DNA of 64,000 nt from an uncultured Muribaculaceae bacterium. Lineage in GTDB: Bacteria > Bacillota_I > Bacilli_A > RF39 > UBA660. The stretch spans positions 607 through 64,606 of the forward strand of contig CAYJEI010000001.1 in NCBI GenBank assembly GCA_964369155.1, read 5' to 3'. The notes beneath the pieces were generated by a model, which saw nothing but the letters and a program-made list of their open reading frames with translations, was not told where the DNA came from and ran no database searches. Every line of letters starts with the position of its first letter. Positions within the stretch are counted from its first letter, which is position 1. This document shows positions 1 through 9,040 of this stretch, piece after piece. The translations under genes and the position numbers were made by a program.

Positions 1-2266
1 AGCAGCACTTAAGAATATGGCAGTTACAGATATTAAAGTTAGAAGAGATAATGAAATAAAAGTTATAAATGTTGAAGAAATAGTAGTAGGGGATATATTA
101 GTTTTAGAAGCTGGTGATTATGTTCCAGCTGATGCTAGAATATTTTACTCTGCATCTGTAAAAGTTGAAGAAGCATCGCTTACAGGTGAATCAGGTTCAG
201 TAGATAAAAATAGTGATATTATTACTTCTGAAACAATTTTAGCAGACAGACATAACATGATATACTCTGGAAGTAGTGTAGTTTATGGTAAGTGTGAGGC
301 TATTGTAACAAGAGTAGGAATGAATACAGAACTTGGTAAAATAGCTACAACTTTAAGTGCTGAAGTTACAGAGGAAACACCACTTCAAAAGAAAATAGAT
401 AATATTAGTAAAATTTTAACACTTCTTGTTGGTTTCATTGTAGTAGTAATTTTGATTATTGGTTTAATTAATGGCATGGATTTAATGCATGTATTTATTA
501 TTTCAGTATCACTTGCAGTTGCTGCAATACCAGAAGGTCTTCCAACAGTAATTACAGTAATACTTTCACTTGGTATGACTAAGCTTGCTAAAGATAATGC
601 AGTAGTAAGAAAAGTATCATCAGTTGAAACCCTTGGTAGTACTGAAATAATTTGTAGTGATAAAACAGGTACTATTACTAAAAATGAAATGACTGTAAGA
701 AAATTTTATTTTAATGATAATATCCTTAAAGATATCTCTGATCCTATATTTAACCAAGTTATGTTTTTATGTAACGATGTAAGTAAGAGTAAAAAAGAAT
801 ATATAGGAGATCCAACAGAAGTTGCTCTATATAAATATTCTGAAAAAATAAAAGATATTAATTATAACCTTAAAAGAGTTTTTGAGTTTCCTTTTGATTC
901 AGATCGTAAACTTATGAGTACAGTTCATGAAAATAAAAAAGAAAATTTAGTACTTGTTAAAGGAAGTACAGAGATGCTTCTTAGTAAATGTAGTAAATAT
1001 TATCTAAATGGAAAAGAAGTTAAAATTACTGATAATCACAAGAAAAAAATAAAAGAAAATGAAAGTTTACTTAGTGATGAAGCACTTAGAGTACTTGGTG
1101 TTGCTTATAAAAATATTAGCCAAAAAGATATGTATACAATTGAAGAAGCAGAAAGTGATTTGATTTTTGTTGGACTTGTAGGAATGATAGATTCACCTAG
1201 AGAAAGTGTAAAAAAATCAATTGAAAAATGTCTTTTAGCAGGTATAACACCAGTAATGATTACAGGTGATAGTTTAAATACTGCAATTGCAATAGCAAGT
1301 GAAGTTGGAATATACAAAGATGGTGACTTTGCTATAGAAGGCAGAGAACTTGATAATATATCTGATAGAGAGCTTCAAAAAACAGTACATAAATATAAAG
1401 TATATGCAAGAGTTACGCCAGAGCATAAACTTAGAATAGTAAAAGCTTGGAAGAAAAACAAAAAAATTGTATCTATGACAGGAGATGGAGTAAATGATGC
1501 TCCAGCACTTAAAGCAAGTGATGTTGGAGTAGGTATGGGTATTACTGGAACAGAAGTAACAAAAAATGTAGCTGATATAGTTCTTTTAGATGATAGTTTT
1601 TCAACTATCATCGTAGCTGTTGAAGAAGGAAGAAACATTTATGAAAATATAAGAAAAGCAATTTCTTATTTGATTACTGCGAATATAGCAGAAGTAATAA
1701 TAGTATTTTTTGCTATGATTACTGATGTAACTATTCTTCTTCCAATACATCTTTTATATATTAATTTAGTTACAGATTCACTTCCAGCTATAGCACTATC
1801 ATTTGAACCAAATGATAAAGATATAATGAACAGACCAGTTAGAAAAAATACGGAATCACTTTTTACACCATTTTTAACTGCAAATATAGCATTTTCATCA
1901 GTATTTAAATCAATAGTTGTACTTGCATTATTCTTCATGTCAAGTTCATATTTCGGACCTGAAAAAGGCATGACAATGGCATTTTTAGGACTAGTTTTAA
2001 TAGAACTTACATTTGCATATAATAGTAGAAATTTATTTAAAAGAGTTGTTAATAAAGAATTATTTAGTAATAAGGTAATGAATATATCATTTTTATCACT
2101 TATTGTACTTCAGTTAATATTATTTAATACACCACTTAGAAATTTATTTGAACTTGAAGCTATAGGATTTAAAGAACTTGGCTTTATACTTATATTTGTA
2201 TTAGGAAGATTTATTATAAATGAACTTGCTAAACCTATATTAAGAAAATTTTTCAAAGATGAATAA
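1..2266 (+). CDS. P-type cation (Ca2+-type) transporting ATPase, N-terminus outside window
   Basis: Open frame from window edge; DKTGTIT phosphorylation motif, GDGVNDAPAL hinge motif, multiple C-terminal TM segments. Confidence 0.85.
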   Translation, partial: AALKNMAVTDIKVRRDNEIKVINVEEIVVGDILVLEAGDYVPADARIFYSASVKVEEASLTGESGSVDKNSDIITSETILADRHNMIYSGSSVVYGKCEAIVTRVGMNTELGKIATTLSAEVTEETPLQKKIDNISKILTLLVGFIVVVILIIGLINGMDLMHVFIISVSLAVAAIPEGLPTVITVILSLGMTKLAKDNAVVRKVSSVETLGSTEIICSDKTGTITKNEMTVRKFYFNDNILKDISDPIFNQVMFLCNDVSKSKKEYIGDPTEVALYKYSEKIKDINYNLKRVFEFPFDSDRKLMSTVHENKKENLVLVKGSTEMLLSKCSKYYLNGKEVKITDNHKKKIKENESLLSDEALRVLGVAYKNISQKDMYTIEEAESDLIFVGLVGMIDSPRESVKKSIEKCLLAGITPVMITGDSLNTAIAIASEVGIYKDGDFAIEGRELDNISDRELQKTVHKYKVYARVTPEHKLRIVKAWKKNKKIVSMTGDGVNDAPALKASDVGVGMGITGTEVTKNVADIVLLDDSFSTIIVAVEEGRNIYENIRKAISYLITANIAEVIIVFFAMITDVTILLPIHLLYINLVTDSLPAIALSFEPNDKDIMNRPVRKNTESLFTPFLTANIAFSSVFKSIVVLALFFMSSSYFGPEKGMTMAFLGLVLIELTFAYNSRNLFKRVVNKELFSNKVMNISFLSLIVLQLILFNTPLRNLFELEAIGFKELGFILIFVLGRFIINELAKPILRKFFKDE

Positions 2267-2296
2267 GAGTATCTAATGATACTTTTTTATTTTGCA
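2267..2296 (+). terminator. Rho-independent terminator after ATPase gene
   Basis: Hairpin AGTATC-taat-GATACT followed by T-run. Confidence 0.6.
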
Positions 2297-2312
2297 CTAG
2301 TTAAACATTTAA

Positions 2313-2341
2313 TTGAAAAAAGAAAATAACTATGTTAAAAT
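2313..2341 (+). promoter_or_regulatory. Sigma-A-like promoter of secreted-protein paralog 1 (TTGAAA-N17-TAAAAT), RBS AGAGAGG
   Basis: Hexamers with 17-nt spacer; about 60-bp leader identical to 5017-5078. Confidence 0.45.
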
Positions 2342-2365
2342 AAAATTAAGATAGAGAGGTTAATT

Positions 2366-3970
2366 ATGAAAGAAATATTAATAAAAAATAAAACAATAAT
2401 AATACTTTCACTTATACTTTTACTTCTAGGCGTTATAGGAGTGTCATATGCTTTTATGTCAAGTGATATTGTTGTAACAACAGAAGGCAACGCAAACACT
2501 CAGATTATTGCAGGAGATGGTTATACACTTGAGCATGTAAGAAACTCGGAAAAACTTACAGATGTAAGTGGAACTGATTACAGACTACTTGATATGTCAT
2601 CGGATATAACTCTTACAGCATTAGAACAAGTGGATACAACTTATGATTTATATTATAATGTTAAAGTTAATAATTATTTAGAAGGAACAACAACTTCTTC
2701 AGCTAAAGTAATCGTTAAAGTATTTAATCCAAGTGGAGCTGAAGTTACAACCATTACTGGACTTTCAAGAGTAACTGTAGGGTCAATTACTGGTTTTAAT
2801 TTAACAGATTATACTGGTAGTATAGAACTTGCTAAAGACTATGCTATATCAACAAACACTAGTACTACACAAAACTGGCAAGTAAAAGTATATTTATATG
2901 ATACAGCAGGTCTATCAAATATAAGTAATACATTATTTGATAGTGAACTTAATGTTGAGAAAAATATCGTGTTTGCAAAAGATTATATACTAGGACATAA
3001 TGGAGGTCAAACAGCAATAGAGGCAAAAGCGGAACCAGACTTTACACAAACTGCAACAACAGATGAAGGAATGTTTGCAGCGACAGATGAATACGGAACA
3101 AGTTACTATTATAGAGGTGCAGTAGATAATAACTGGATGCTATATAATGGAATATACTGGAGAATAGTAAGAATAGCCGGAAACGGGTCAATAAAACTAC
3201 TTTATAGTGGTACTACAGCGCCAGCGAGGGCAACAGCAACAGTAATGACTGGAAGTGGAACACAAGCTGGTACAAGTGCGTTTAATTCATCTTATAGTAA
3301 TAATGCATATGTTGGATATATGTATACACTTAATCAAAGACAAGGCCTTGGTACTAAGAGTACAATAGCAACTGTACTTGATAATTGGTATACAACAAAT
3401 ATGAATGGAGTAGACTTACAAATAGCAGATAATACATTTTGTTATGATAGAAGTTTAGCAACAGGAGGTTATCAAAGTAGTGATTTTGGATGGAATGGAA
3501 GTACATATACTGGAACAGGTATAGGAACTAGTGGTACATTATATGGTACTCATACAAGGTTAACAGCATCTAGTAGTACTTTGGAACTGGGAGGAACTGG
3601 ACCTGAACTCGCGTGTCCAAGTAGGGAGGATGCATATACAGTAGATGATACAACAAATGGAAATGGAGCACTTTCTAAAAAAGTAGGATTACTCACTGCC
3701 GATGAGGCAGTAATGGCTGGTCTAGGAGCTGGCTCTGCCAGCAGTACCAGTAGTAACTATTTGTATACAAATAGTAGCTACTGGTTAGGCTCTCCTTTTG
3801 GGTTCCGTTCTTATGATAATGCGGGTGTGTGGTATGTGTATTCTTCTGGTTCTTTGTACAACTTTAATGTCAATGATACTCGTGGTGTTCGTCCTGCAGT
3901 TTATCTCATGTCTAATATCGTGTTAAGCGGAACAGGTGAGTGGAACGACGTTTACAAAATAAAGTCTTAG
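2366..3970 (+). CDS. Secreted mosaic protein, paralog 1 (SipW-type signal peptide, TasA/camelysin-like N-domain, conserved C-terminal WLGSPFG/VRPAVYL module)
   Basis: N-terminal K-rich/hydrophobic signal ending GVSYAF; about 80% aa identity to 5076-6692; C-terminal blocks shared with 28363-30534 and 43933-46101; 3' end abuts IS remnant. Confidence 0.8.
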   Translation: MKEILIKNKTIIILSLILLLLGVIGVSYAFMSSDIVVTTEGNANTQIIAGDGYTLEHVRNSEKLTDVSGTDYRLLDMSSDITLTALEQVDTTYDLYYNVKVNNYLEGTTTSSAKVIVKVFNPSGAEVTTITGLSRVTVGSITGFNLTDYTGSIELAKDYAISTNTSTTQNWQVKVYLYDTAGLSNISNTLFDSELNVEKNIVFAKDYILGHNGGQTAIEAKAEPDFTQTATTDEGMFAATDEYGTSYYYRGAVDNNWMLYNGIYWRIVRIAGNGSIKLLYSGTTAPARATATVMTGSGTQAGTSAFNSSYSNNAYVGYMYTLNQRQGLGTKSTIATVLDNWYTTNMNGVDLQIADNTFCYDRSLATGGYQSSDFGWNGSTYTGTGIGTSGTLYGTHTRLTASSSTLELGGTGPELACPSREDAYTVDDTTNGNGALSKKVGLLTADEAVMAGLGAGSASSTSSNYLYTNSSYWLGSPFGFRSYDNAGVWYVYSSGSLYNFNVNDTRGVRPAVYLMSNIVLSGTGEWNDVYKIKS

Positions 3971-4856
3971 ATACGGACATTTTCTGATTTTTTCCTAAAA
4001 CACTGGGGAAAATGTTCCAAAATATTCGGCCGATAGATTAAAAATGTATAAAAAAATCACTTAAAATGTGATTTAAAACATACAAAAAAGGTTAAAATTT
4101 GAATTAAATTTTAAAAATTTTAAGTATATAAAATAAAATTTGTTTTAATGGTGACATTATTATTGCTGAGGTAAGCATTAAAAAGTGTTAAACCGAGATT
4201 GAAATTTGAGAGAATACGAATGTATTCTCCATTTTTTTTCTTTTTGGCAAATCTAACATTGAACTTTGTTTTTCTACGATGATAATTTTTGATGTAATCA
4301 GAACCAATAATTACAAGCCATATAGAAGCAATGCATAAAAGTGTATATAAAGTATCATATGCTTTAATATTTTTAGTTCTAGTTTTTTCAAGATTAAAAC
4401 CATTTGTTTTAGTGTTTTTGAAGAAAGATTCAATAAAACCAAATCTTTTGTTGTAATCTCTAACCGCAATATTTGGATCATTATTTGTGACAAGATACCA
4501 TGCTTCTTCATGTGTAACTGTTCTTGATATTACTAAGTTAGTTTTAATGGGATGATGCTTACCACAAGTTATATTTTTATAATATTTACTAACAAACACT
4601 TTAGGTGTGAAGTATTTTACTTTATACCATACTTCGTGTTTCTCGTTATAAGGTTTATATTTAAAATTAAGAGAACTATCTGCTTTTATTCTAAAACAAT
4701 AATAATGGTTAAGGGAATTAATACATTTAAGAATATTTAAATCAGAAAACCATCTATCTGCTAAAAAAGTTATTTTAATATCAGTATTGTTAACATAAGA
4801 AAAAGCTTCTTTAATTGCATTAAAAATAGTATTAGTCTTAAAAAGAGGTGATTGTT
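3967..4856 (-). mobile_element. Truncated, decayed copy of IS4-like insertion sequence (left inverted repeat present, 5' half of transposase gene deleted)
   Basis: Left end TTAGATACGGAC matches left inverted repeat (IRL) of the intact copy at 6738; internal sequence about 85% identical to 6738-6930; reverse-strand translation 4120-4856 aligns to C-terminal half of the 394-aa transposase with frameshifts/deletions. Confidence 0.75.
4120..4856 (-). pseudogene. Transposase pseudogene (C-terminal half, degraded upstream part)
   Basis: 159-aa ORF 4120-4599 aligns to residues about 235-394 of the transposase 6891-8075; upstream 4600-4856 still encodes HFTPKV-like remnant out of frame. Confidence 0.7.
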
Positions 4857-5022
4857 TTTATATAAAAGTTATAATTAATAAAATCTAATTTGGAAATAAA
4901 TTTCTATAGATGATTTTAATGTTAAAGTACTTTTAGAAGAAAATATTTTTTGTTTTAAAATTACAAAAATATAAATAAGATACTAAGAACTATATAAAAT
5001 GAAAAATTAATAAGTTATTTAA

Positions 5023-5051
5023 TTGAAAAAAGAAAATAACTATGTTAAAAT
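5023..5051 (+). promoter_or_regulatory. Duplicated promoter/leader of paralog 2
   Basis: Identical to 2313-2341 region. Confidence 0.45.
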
Positions 5052-5075
5052 AAAATTAAGATAGAGAGGTTAATT

Positions 5076-6692
5076 ATGAAAGAAATATTAATAAAAAATA
5101 AAACAATAATAATACTTTCACTTATACTTTTACTTCTAGGCGTTATAGGAGTGTCTTACGCTTTTATGTCAAGTGATGTTGTTGTAACAACAGAAGGTAA
5201 CGCAAATGTTCAGGTTATTGCTGGAGACGGTTATACATTTGAACATATAAGAAATATTGAGAAACTTACAGAAGTAAGTGGAACTGACTATACACTACTT
5301 GATATGTCTTCAGACATAACTCTTACAGCATTAGAACAAATTGATACAACATATGATTTATATTACAATATAAAGGTAAATAATTATTTAGAAGGAACTA
5401 CAACTTCCTCTGCTAAAGTAATTGTTAAAATCTATAATCCAAGTGGAGCTGAAGTAACATCTCTTACTGGACTTTCAAGGGTAACAGTAGGATCAATTAC
5501 TGGATTTAATTTAACAGATTACACTGGTAGTATAGAGCTTGTTAAAGATTACGCTATATCAACAAACTCTAGTATTACACAAAACTGGCAAGTAAAAGTA
5601 TATTTATATGATACAGTAGGTTTACCTAATATAAGTAATACTGTTTTTGATAGTGAAATGAATGTTGAGGAACATGATCCTTGTTGGAATCCTGAAACTT
5701 CTACAGATATAATATTATGTCATAATGGAGGACAAGCATTAATAGAAGCTAAAGCAGAACCAGATTTCACACAAGTAGCTGATACAAATGAAGGAATGTT
5801 TGCAACAACAGACACATATGGAACAGCATACTACTATAGAGGAGCAGTGGATAATAACTGGTTATACTATAATGGAATATACTGGAGAATAGTGAGTATA
5901 GCTGGAAACGGAGCTATTAAGCTACTTTATAGTGGTACTACAGCGCCAACAAGTGCAACGGCAACAGTAATGACTGGAGAACATACTGAAATAGGAGAAT
6001 ATGCATTTAATTCTACATATAATAATAATGCATATGTAGGGTATATGTATACTTTGAATCAAAGACAAGGACTAGGAACAAGTAGTCTTATAAAAACAAC
6101 ACTTGATAATTGGTACACAACAAATATGAATGGAGTTGACTCACAAATAGTAGATAATATATTTTGTTATGATAGAAGTTTAGCAAAATCTGGATATCAG
6201 AGTTCAAATTTTGGCTCAGCAAACGGAAGTTATACAGGAACTGGAACTGGAACTGTAGGTACATTATATGGAACAGCAGCAAGAATAACCGCATCAAGTA
6301 GTAGGATGGTAGCCGGTGGAACGGGACCAGACATAATGTGTCCTAGTAAAACAGATGCGTATACAGCAGGTGATACAACAAATGGTAATGGAGCTCTTTC
6401 TAAAAAAGTAGGGTTACTCACTGCCGATGAGGCAGTAATGGCAGGCCTTGCGCATGGCACAAGAAACAGTACCACCTATTTGTATACAAATAGGTGGTAC
6501 TGGTTGGGCTCTCCTTTTGGGTTCGGTTCTAATTCTACTGATTATGCTCGTGTGTGGGGTGTGGATCCTACTGGTAATTTCTACGACTTTTTTGTCAGTG
6601 CTACTTTTGGTGTGCGTCCTGCAGTTTATCTCACGTCTAATATCGTGTTAAGCGGAACAGGTGAGTGGAACGACGTTTACAAAATAAATTAG
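5076..6692 (+). CDS. Secreted mosaic protein, paralog 2
   Basis: Same architecture as paralog 1; signal peptide identical; 3' flank shared with paralog 3. Confidence 0.8.
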   Translation: MKEILIKNKTIIILSLILLLLGVIGVSYAFMSSDVVVTTEGNANVQVIAGDGYTFEHIRNIEKLTEVSGTDYTLLDMSSDITLTALEQIDTTYDLYYNIKVNNYLEGTTTSSAKVIVKIYNPSGAEVTSLTGLSRVTVGSITGFNLTDYTGSIELVKDYAISTNSSITQNWQVKVYLYDTVGLPNISNTVFDSEMNVEEHDPCWNPETSTDIILCHNGGQALIEAKAEPDFTQVADTNEGMFATTDTYGTAYYYRGAVDNNWLYYNGIYWRIVSIAGNGAIKLLYSGTTAPTSATATVMTGEHTEIGEYAFNSTYNNNAYVGYMYTLNQRQGLGTSSLIKTTLDNWYTTNMNGVDSQIVDNIFCYDRSLAKSGYQSSNFGSANGSYTGTGTGTVGTLYGTAARITASSSRMVAGGTGPDIMCPSKTDAYTAGDTTNGNGALSKKVGLLTADEAVMAGLAHGTRNSTTYLYTNRWYWLGSPFGFGSNSTDYARVWGVDPTGNFYDFFVSATFGVRPAVYLTSNIVLSGTGEWNDVYKIN

Positions 6693-6737
6693 GATTTTAG
6701 CAACACGAAAACCTCATTTCTGATAGGTCAAACGCGC

Positions 6738-8224
6738 TTAGATACGGACAATTTTCTAATTTTGTCCTAAAACACTGGTGAAAATGAGATAAAAAATACG
6801 ACCAGTAAATTAAAAAACGTTAAAAAATCACACAAAATGTGATTCAAAGCATACAAAAAAGGTCGAAAAGTGAATTGAATTTTAAAAATTTTAGATATAT
6901 AAAATAAAATTTGTTTTAATGGTGACATTATTGTTGCTGAGGTAAGCATTAAAAAGTGTTAAACAGAGATTGAAATTTGAGAGAATACGAGTGTATTCTC
7001 CATTTTTCTCTTTTTTGGCAAATCTAACATTGAATTTTGCTTTTCTATGATTATAATTTTTAATATAATTAGCACCTATTACAACTAACCAAATAGTAGC
7101 AATGCATAGAAGTGTATATAAAGTATCATAAGTTTCTATATTTTTAGTTCTGGTTTTTTCAAGATTAAATCCATTTGTTTTGATATTTTTAAAGAAAGAT
7201 TCTATTGCACCAAATCTTTTATTATAATCTCTAACTGCATCTCTTGGAGTATCATTTGTAAATAAATAATAACCTTCATCTTGACCTAAAGTTCTTGATA
7301 CAACTAGATTAGTTTTAAAAGGATTGCTTTTACTTGCAATTATATTTTCATAGTATTTGCTTGCATGAACTTTAGGAGTAAAATGTTTGATTTTATACCA
7401 AGTTTCATTATTTTCGAAATTAAATTGATATTTAAGGTTTAAGTCACTATTGGATTTCATTTTGAAGTTATAGTAGTGACCAAGTGATTCAATGTGTCTT
7501 AAAATATCAAGGTCACCGAACCATCTATCAGCTTGAAACTTAAGTTTTACATCCATTCCAGCAAAATATGAAACGACCTGATCAATAGCTACTAAAATTG
7601 TTTGTGTTATAAATATTGGTCTTTTTTTATCAAAGTCTTCTTTGGTTTTGCAAAAGTCTTTAGTTTTAGAGTTAATGAAAAATATTGGAATTCCTTGTTC
7701 ATTTACCCTAAGAGTAAAGACAAGTGCAACAAAATTATTTTTTTCCCAGGAGTGGTCTATGGTAATAAATGCTTTTTTATGTTTAAAAACAACAGAAGAT
7801 ATAATTTTTCTTATAAAAGTTTTAAATAAAAAATCACTATCTAAAGATGTATTGTTAAAAAAGCGATAAATTCTTTTTTGAACAGAATCTAAGTTAATTG
7901 AATTTACTTTATTTTTAGCAATATCTACAGTAACGATTGATTCTGCTTTAATTAAAGAAGGTACAATAGAGGATATATTTTTAAGATTAGGAATAGAAAT
8001 AGGAATATCAAGATGAGAAAAGAAATTGTAAATATCTCTTATTAAATCATTAATATTGTTATATAATTTTTTCATAAACAGCCACCTTTATATTATTTTT
8101 TTGTCAATTTAATTATAAAACAAAATGGCTGTTTATTTTATGTCTAAAATACGTTTAAGAAACGTTTAACAAATATAGTGTAAAACACTAGAAAGATCTA
8201 GTTTAAAAAAATGTCCGGATATAA
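6738..8224 (-). mobile_element. Intact IS4-like insertion sequence (about 1.49 kb) with imperfect 20-bp terminal inverted repeats
   Basis: IRL TTAGATACGGACAATTTTCT (6738) vs reverse complement of right end TTATATCCGGACATTTTTTT (8224), 16/20 match; single transposase ORF inside. Confidence 0.7.
6891..8075 (-). CDS. DDE transposase (IS4-family-like; ITIDHS, QADRWFG, YNKRFGAIESFFKNIK motifs)
   Basis: 394-aa ORF with D, D, E and Y-x2-R-x3/4-E-x6-K signature. Confidence 0.7.
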   Translation of the reverse strand: MKKLYNNINDLIRDIYNFFSHLDIPISIPNLKNISSIVPSLIKAESIVTVDIAKNKVNSINLDSVQKRIYRFFNNTSLDSDFLFKTFIRKIISSVVFKHKKAFITIDHSWEKNNFVALVFTLRVNEQGIPIFFINSKTKDFCKTKEDFDKKRPIFITQTILVAIDQVVSYFAGMDVKLKFQADRWFGDLDILRHIESLGHYYNFKMKSNSDLNLKYQFNFENNETWYKIKHFTPKVHASKYYENIIASKSNPFKTNLVVSRTLGQDEGYYLFTNDTPRDAVRDYNKRFGAIESFFKNIKTNGFNLEKTRTKNIETYDTLYTLLCIATIWLVVIGANYIKNYNHRKAKFNVRFAKKEKNGEYTRILSNFNLCLTLFNAYLSNNNVTIKTNFILYI

Positions 8225-8480
8225 GGGTATGTTGTTGAAGTGATGAGGAAACAAACAAAATCCATGGCCTATGTGTCTAAAAATGGGATAAGAGAAGAAA
8301 TAGAGTGTTAGTAGTTACAGTGCGAAAAGTAAGTTGTTTTTTTTCTCCCCTCTAGGAGATATTATGCAAAAATTTAGGCTACTTGAAAAAACAAGAAAAC
8401 AATTTTTTACGTTAATAAATATGTTGTTCCGAATATACCTAAAATTTATTCTGTTTATAGAAATGAGTTAATAAAATCGA
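8225..8480. repeat. About 250-bp noncoding repeat, copy A (about 88% identical to 31010-31265)
   Basis: Direct alignment; substitutions and non-triplet indels evenly spread, no conserved reading frame. Confidence 0.8.
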
Positions 8481-8847
8481 TGTTTATACTGCATAGAAGT
8501 ATTATAAGTGCAAATATTAACGAGGGAAATAGTAAAACTAGATTTCAAAAAGAGGCTTTAACTGAAATCTGTAATATAGATTTTATTATTTAATATTAAA
8601 TGAAATCAAAGTTATTGAAAGCAAAAGATATAACGCTATGATGAATGCTTTTTTAGAAATTAAAAAGATGCTAGAAACTTGGAGTAGTAATGAAAAGAAA
8701 AAATTATCTATTTAGTCATAATTTAAGAAGAGAAAGTATTTTTAACTGTTATTTAGATGTGAAAAGAAATTGTAAAAGTGATTTTAAACTTGCCAGTTTA
8801 GCGAAAATTTAAACTTAAATATTTTAAAAATATGTTTAAATTTACAT

Positions 8848-8878
8848 TATGATACTTATCAAATGGATAAGTATCATA
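8848..8878. promoter_or_regulatory. Perfect 13-bp inverted repeat (TATGATACTTATC-aaatg-GATAAGTATCATA) followed by T-rich tract
   Basis: Read directly; terminator-like or operator-like. Confidence 0.4.
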
Positions 8879-9040
8879 TATTTTTAATCAGAGAAAATAA
8901 AGTTATTATTAATTTATAATTAGTTTTATAAATATATTAGATACAAAAACATAACTAAATTTATTTTATTTAGTTAGTATATCTTAAGGTTATATTGTAA
9001 TATTTTAGCTTGTTTTGTCGAAGTGCTTGAAAGGAAAATT

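Noticed and set aside
1105-1971. Three antisense ORFs within the P-type ATPase gene
   Set aside because: Embedded opposite a strongly supported CDS.
2366-2470. N-terminus of paralogs as a type IV pilin/pseudopilin class III signal
   Set aside because: No G-F-T-L-I-E prepilin peptidase motif. The n-h-c layout with G[VI][ST]YAF fits a SipW/SPase-type cleavage instead.
4552-4740. 62-aa plus-strand ORF in the IS remnant
   Set aside because: Lies antisense to the decayed transposase pseudogene. Spurious.
6230-6475. Antisense ORFs inside the paralog 3' regions (6230-6475, 30078-30314, 45642-45833; also 6448-6651 on the plus strand)
   Set aside because: They occur only where the coding strand is locally GC-rich, so the antisense strand lacks stop codons by composition. 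They are fully embedded in well-supported genes.
7602-7869. Short plus-strand ORFs inside the IS transposase gene
   Set aside because: Embedded antisense to an intact 394-aa DDE transposase ORF, with no RBS.
8630-8715. Small ORF MMNAFLEIKKMLETWSSNEKKKLSI in the noncoding region
   Set aside because: No RBS and no conservation evidence. Likely chance ORF in AT-rich DNA.
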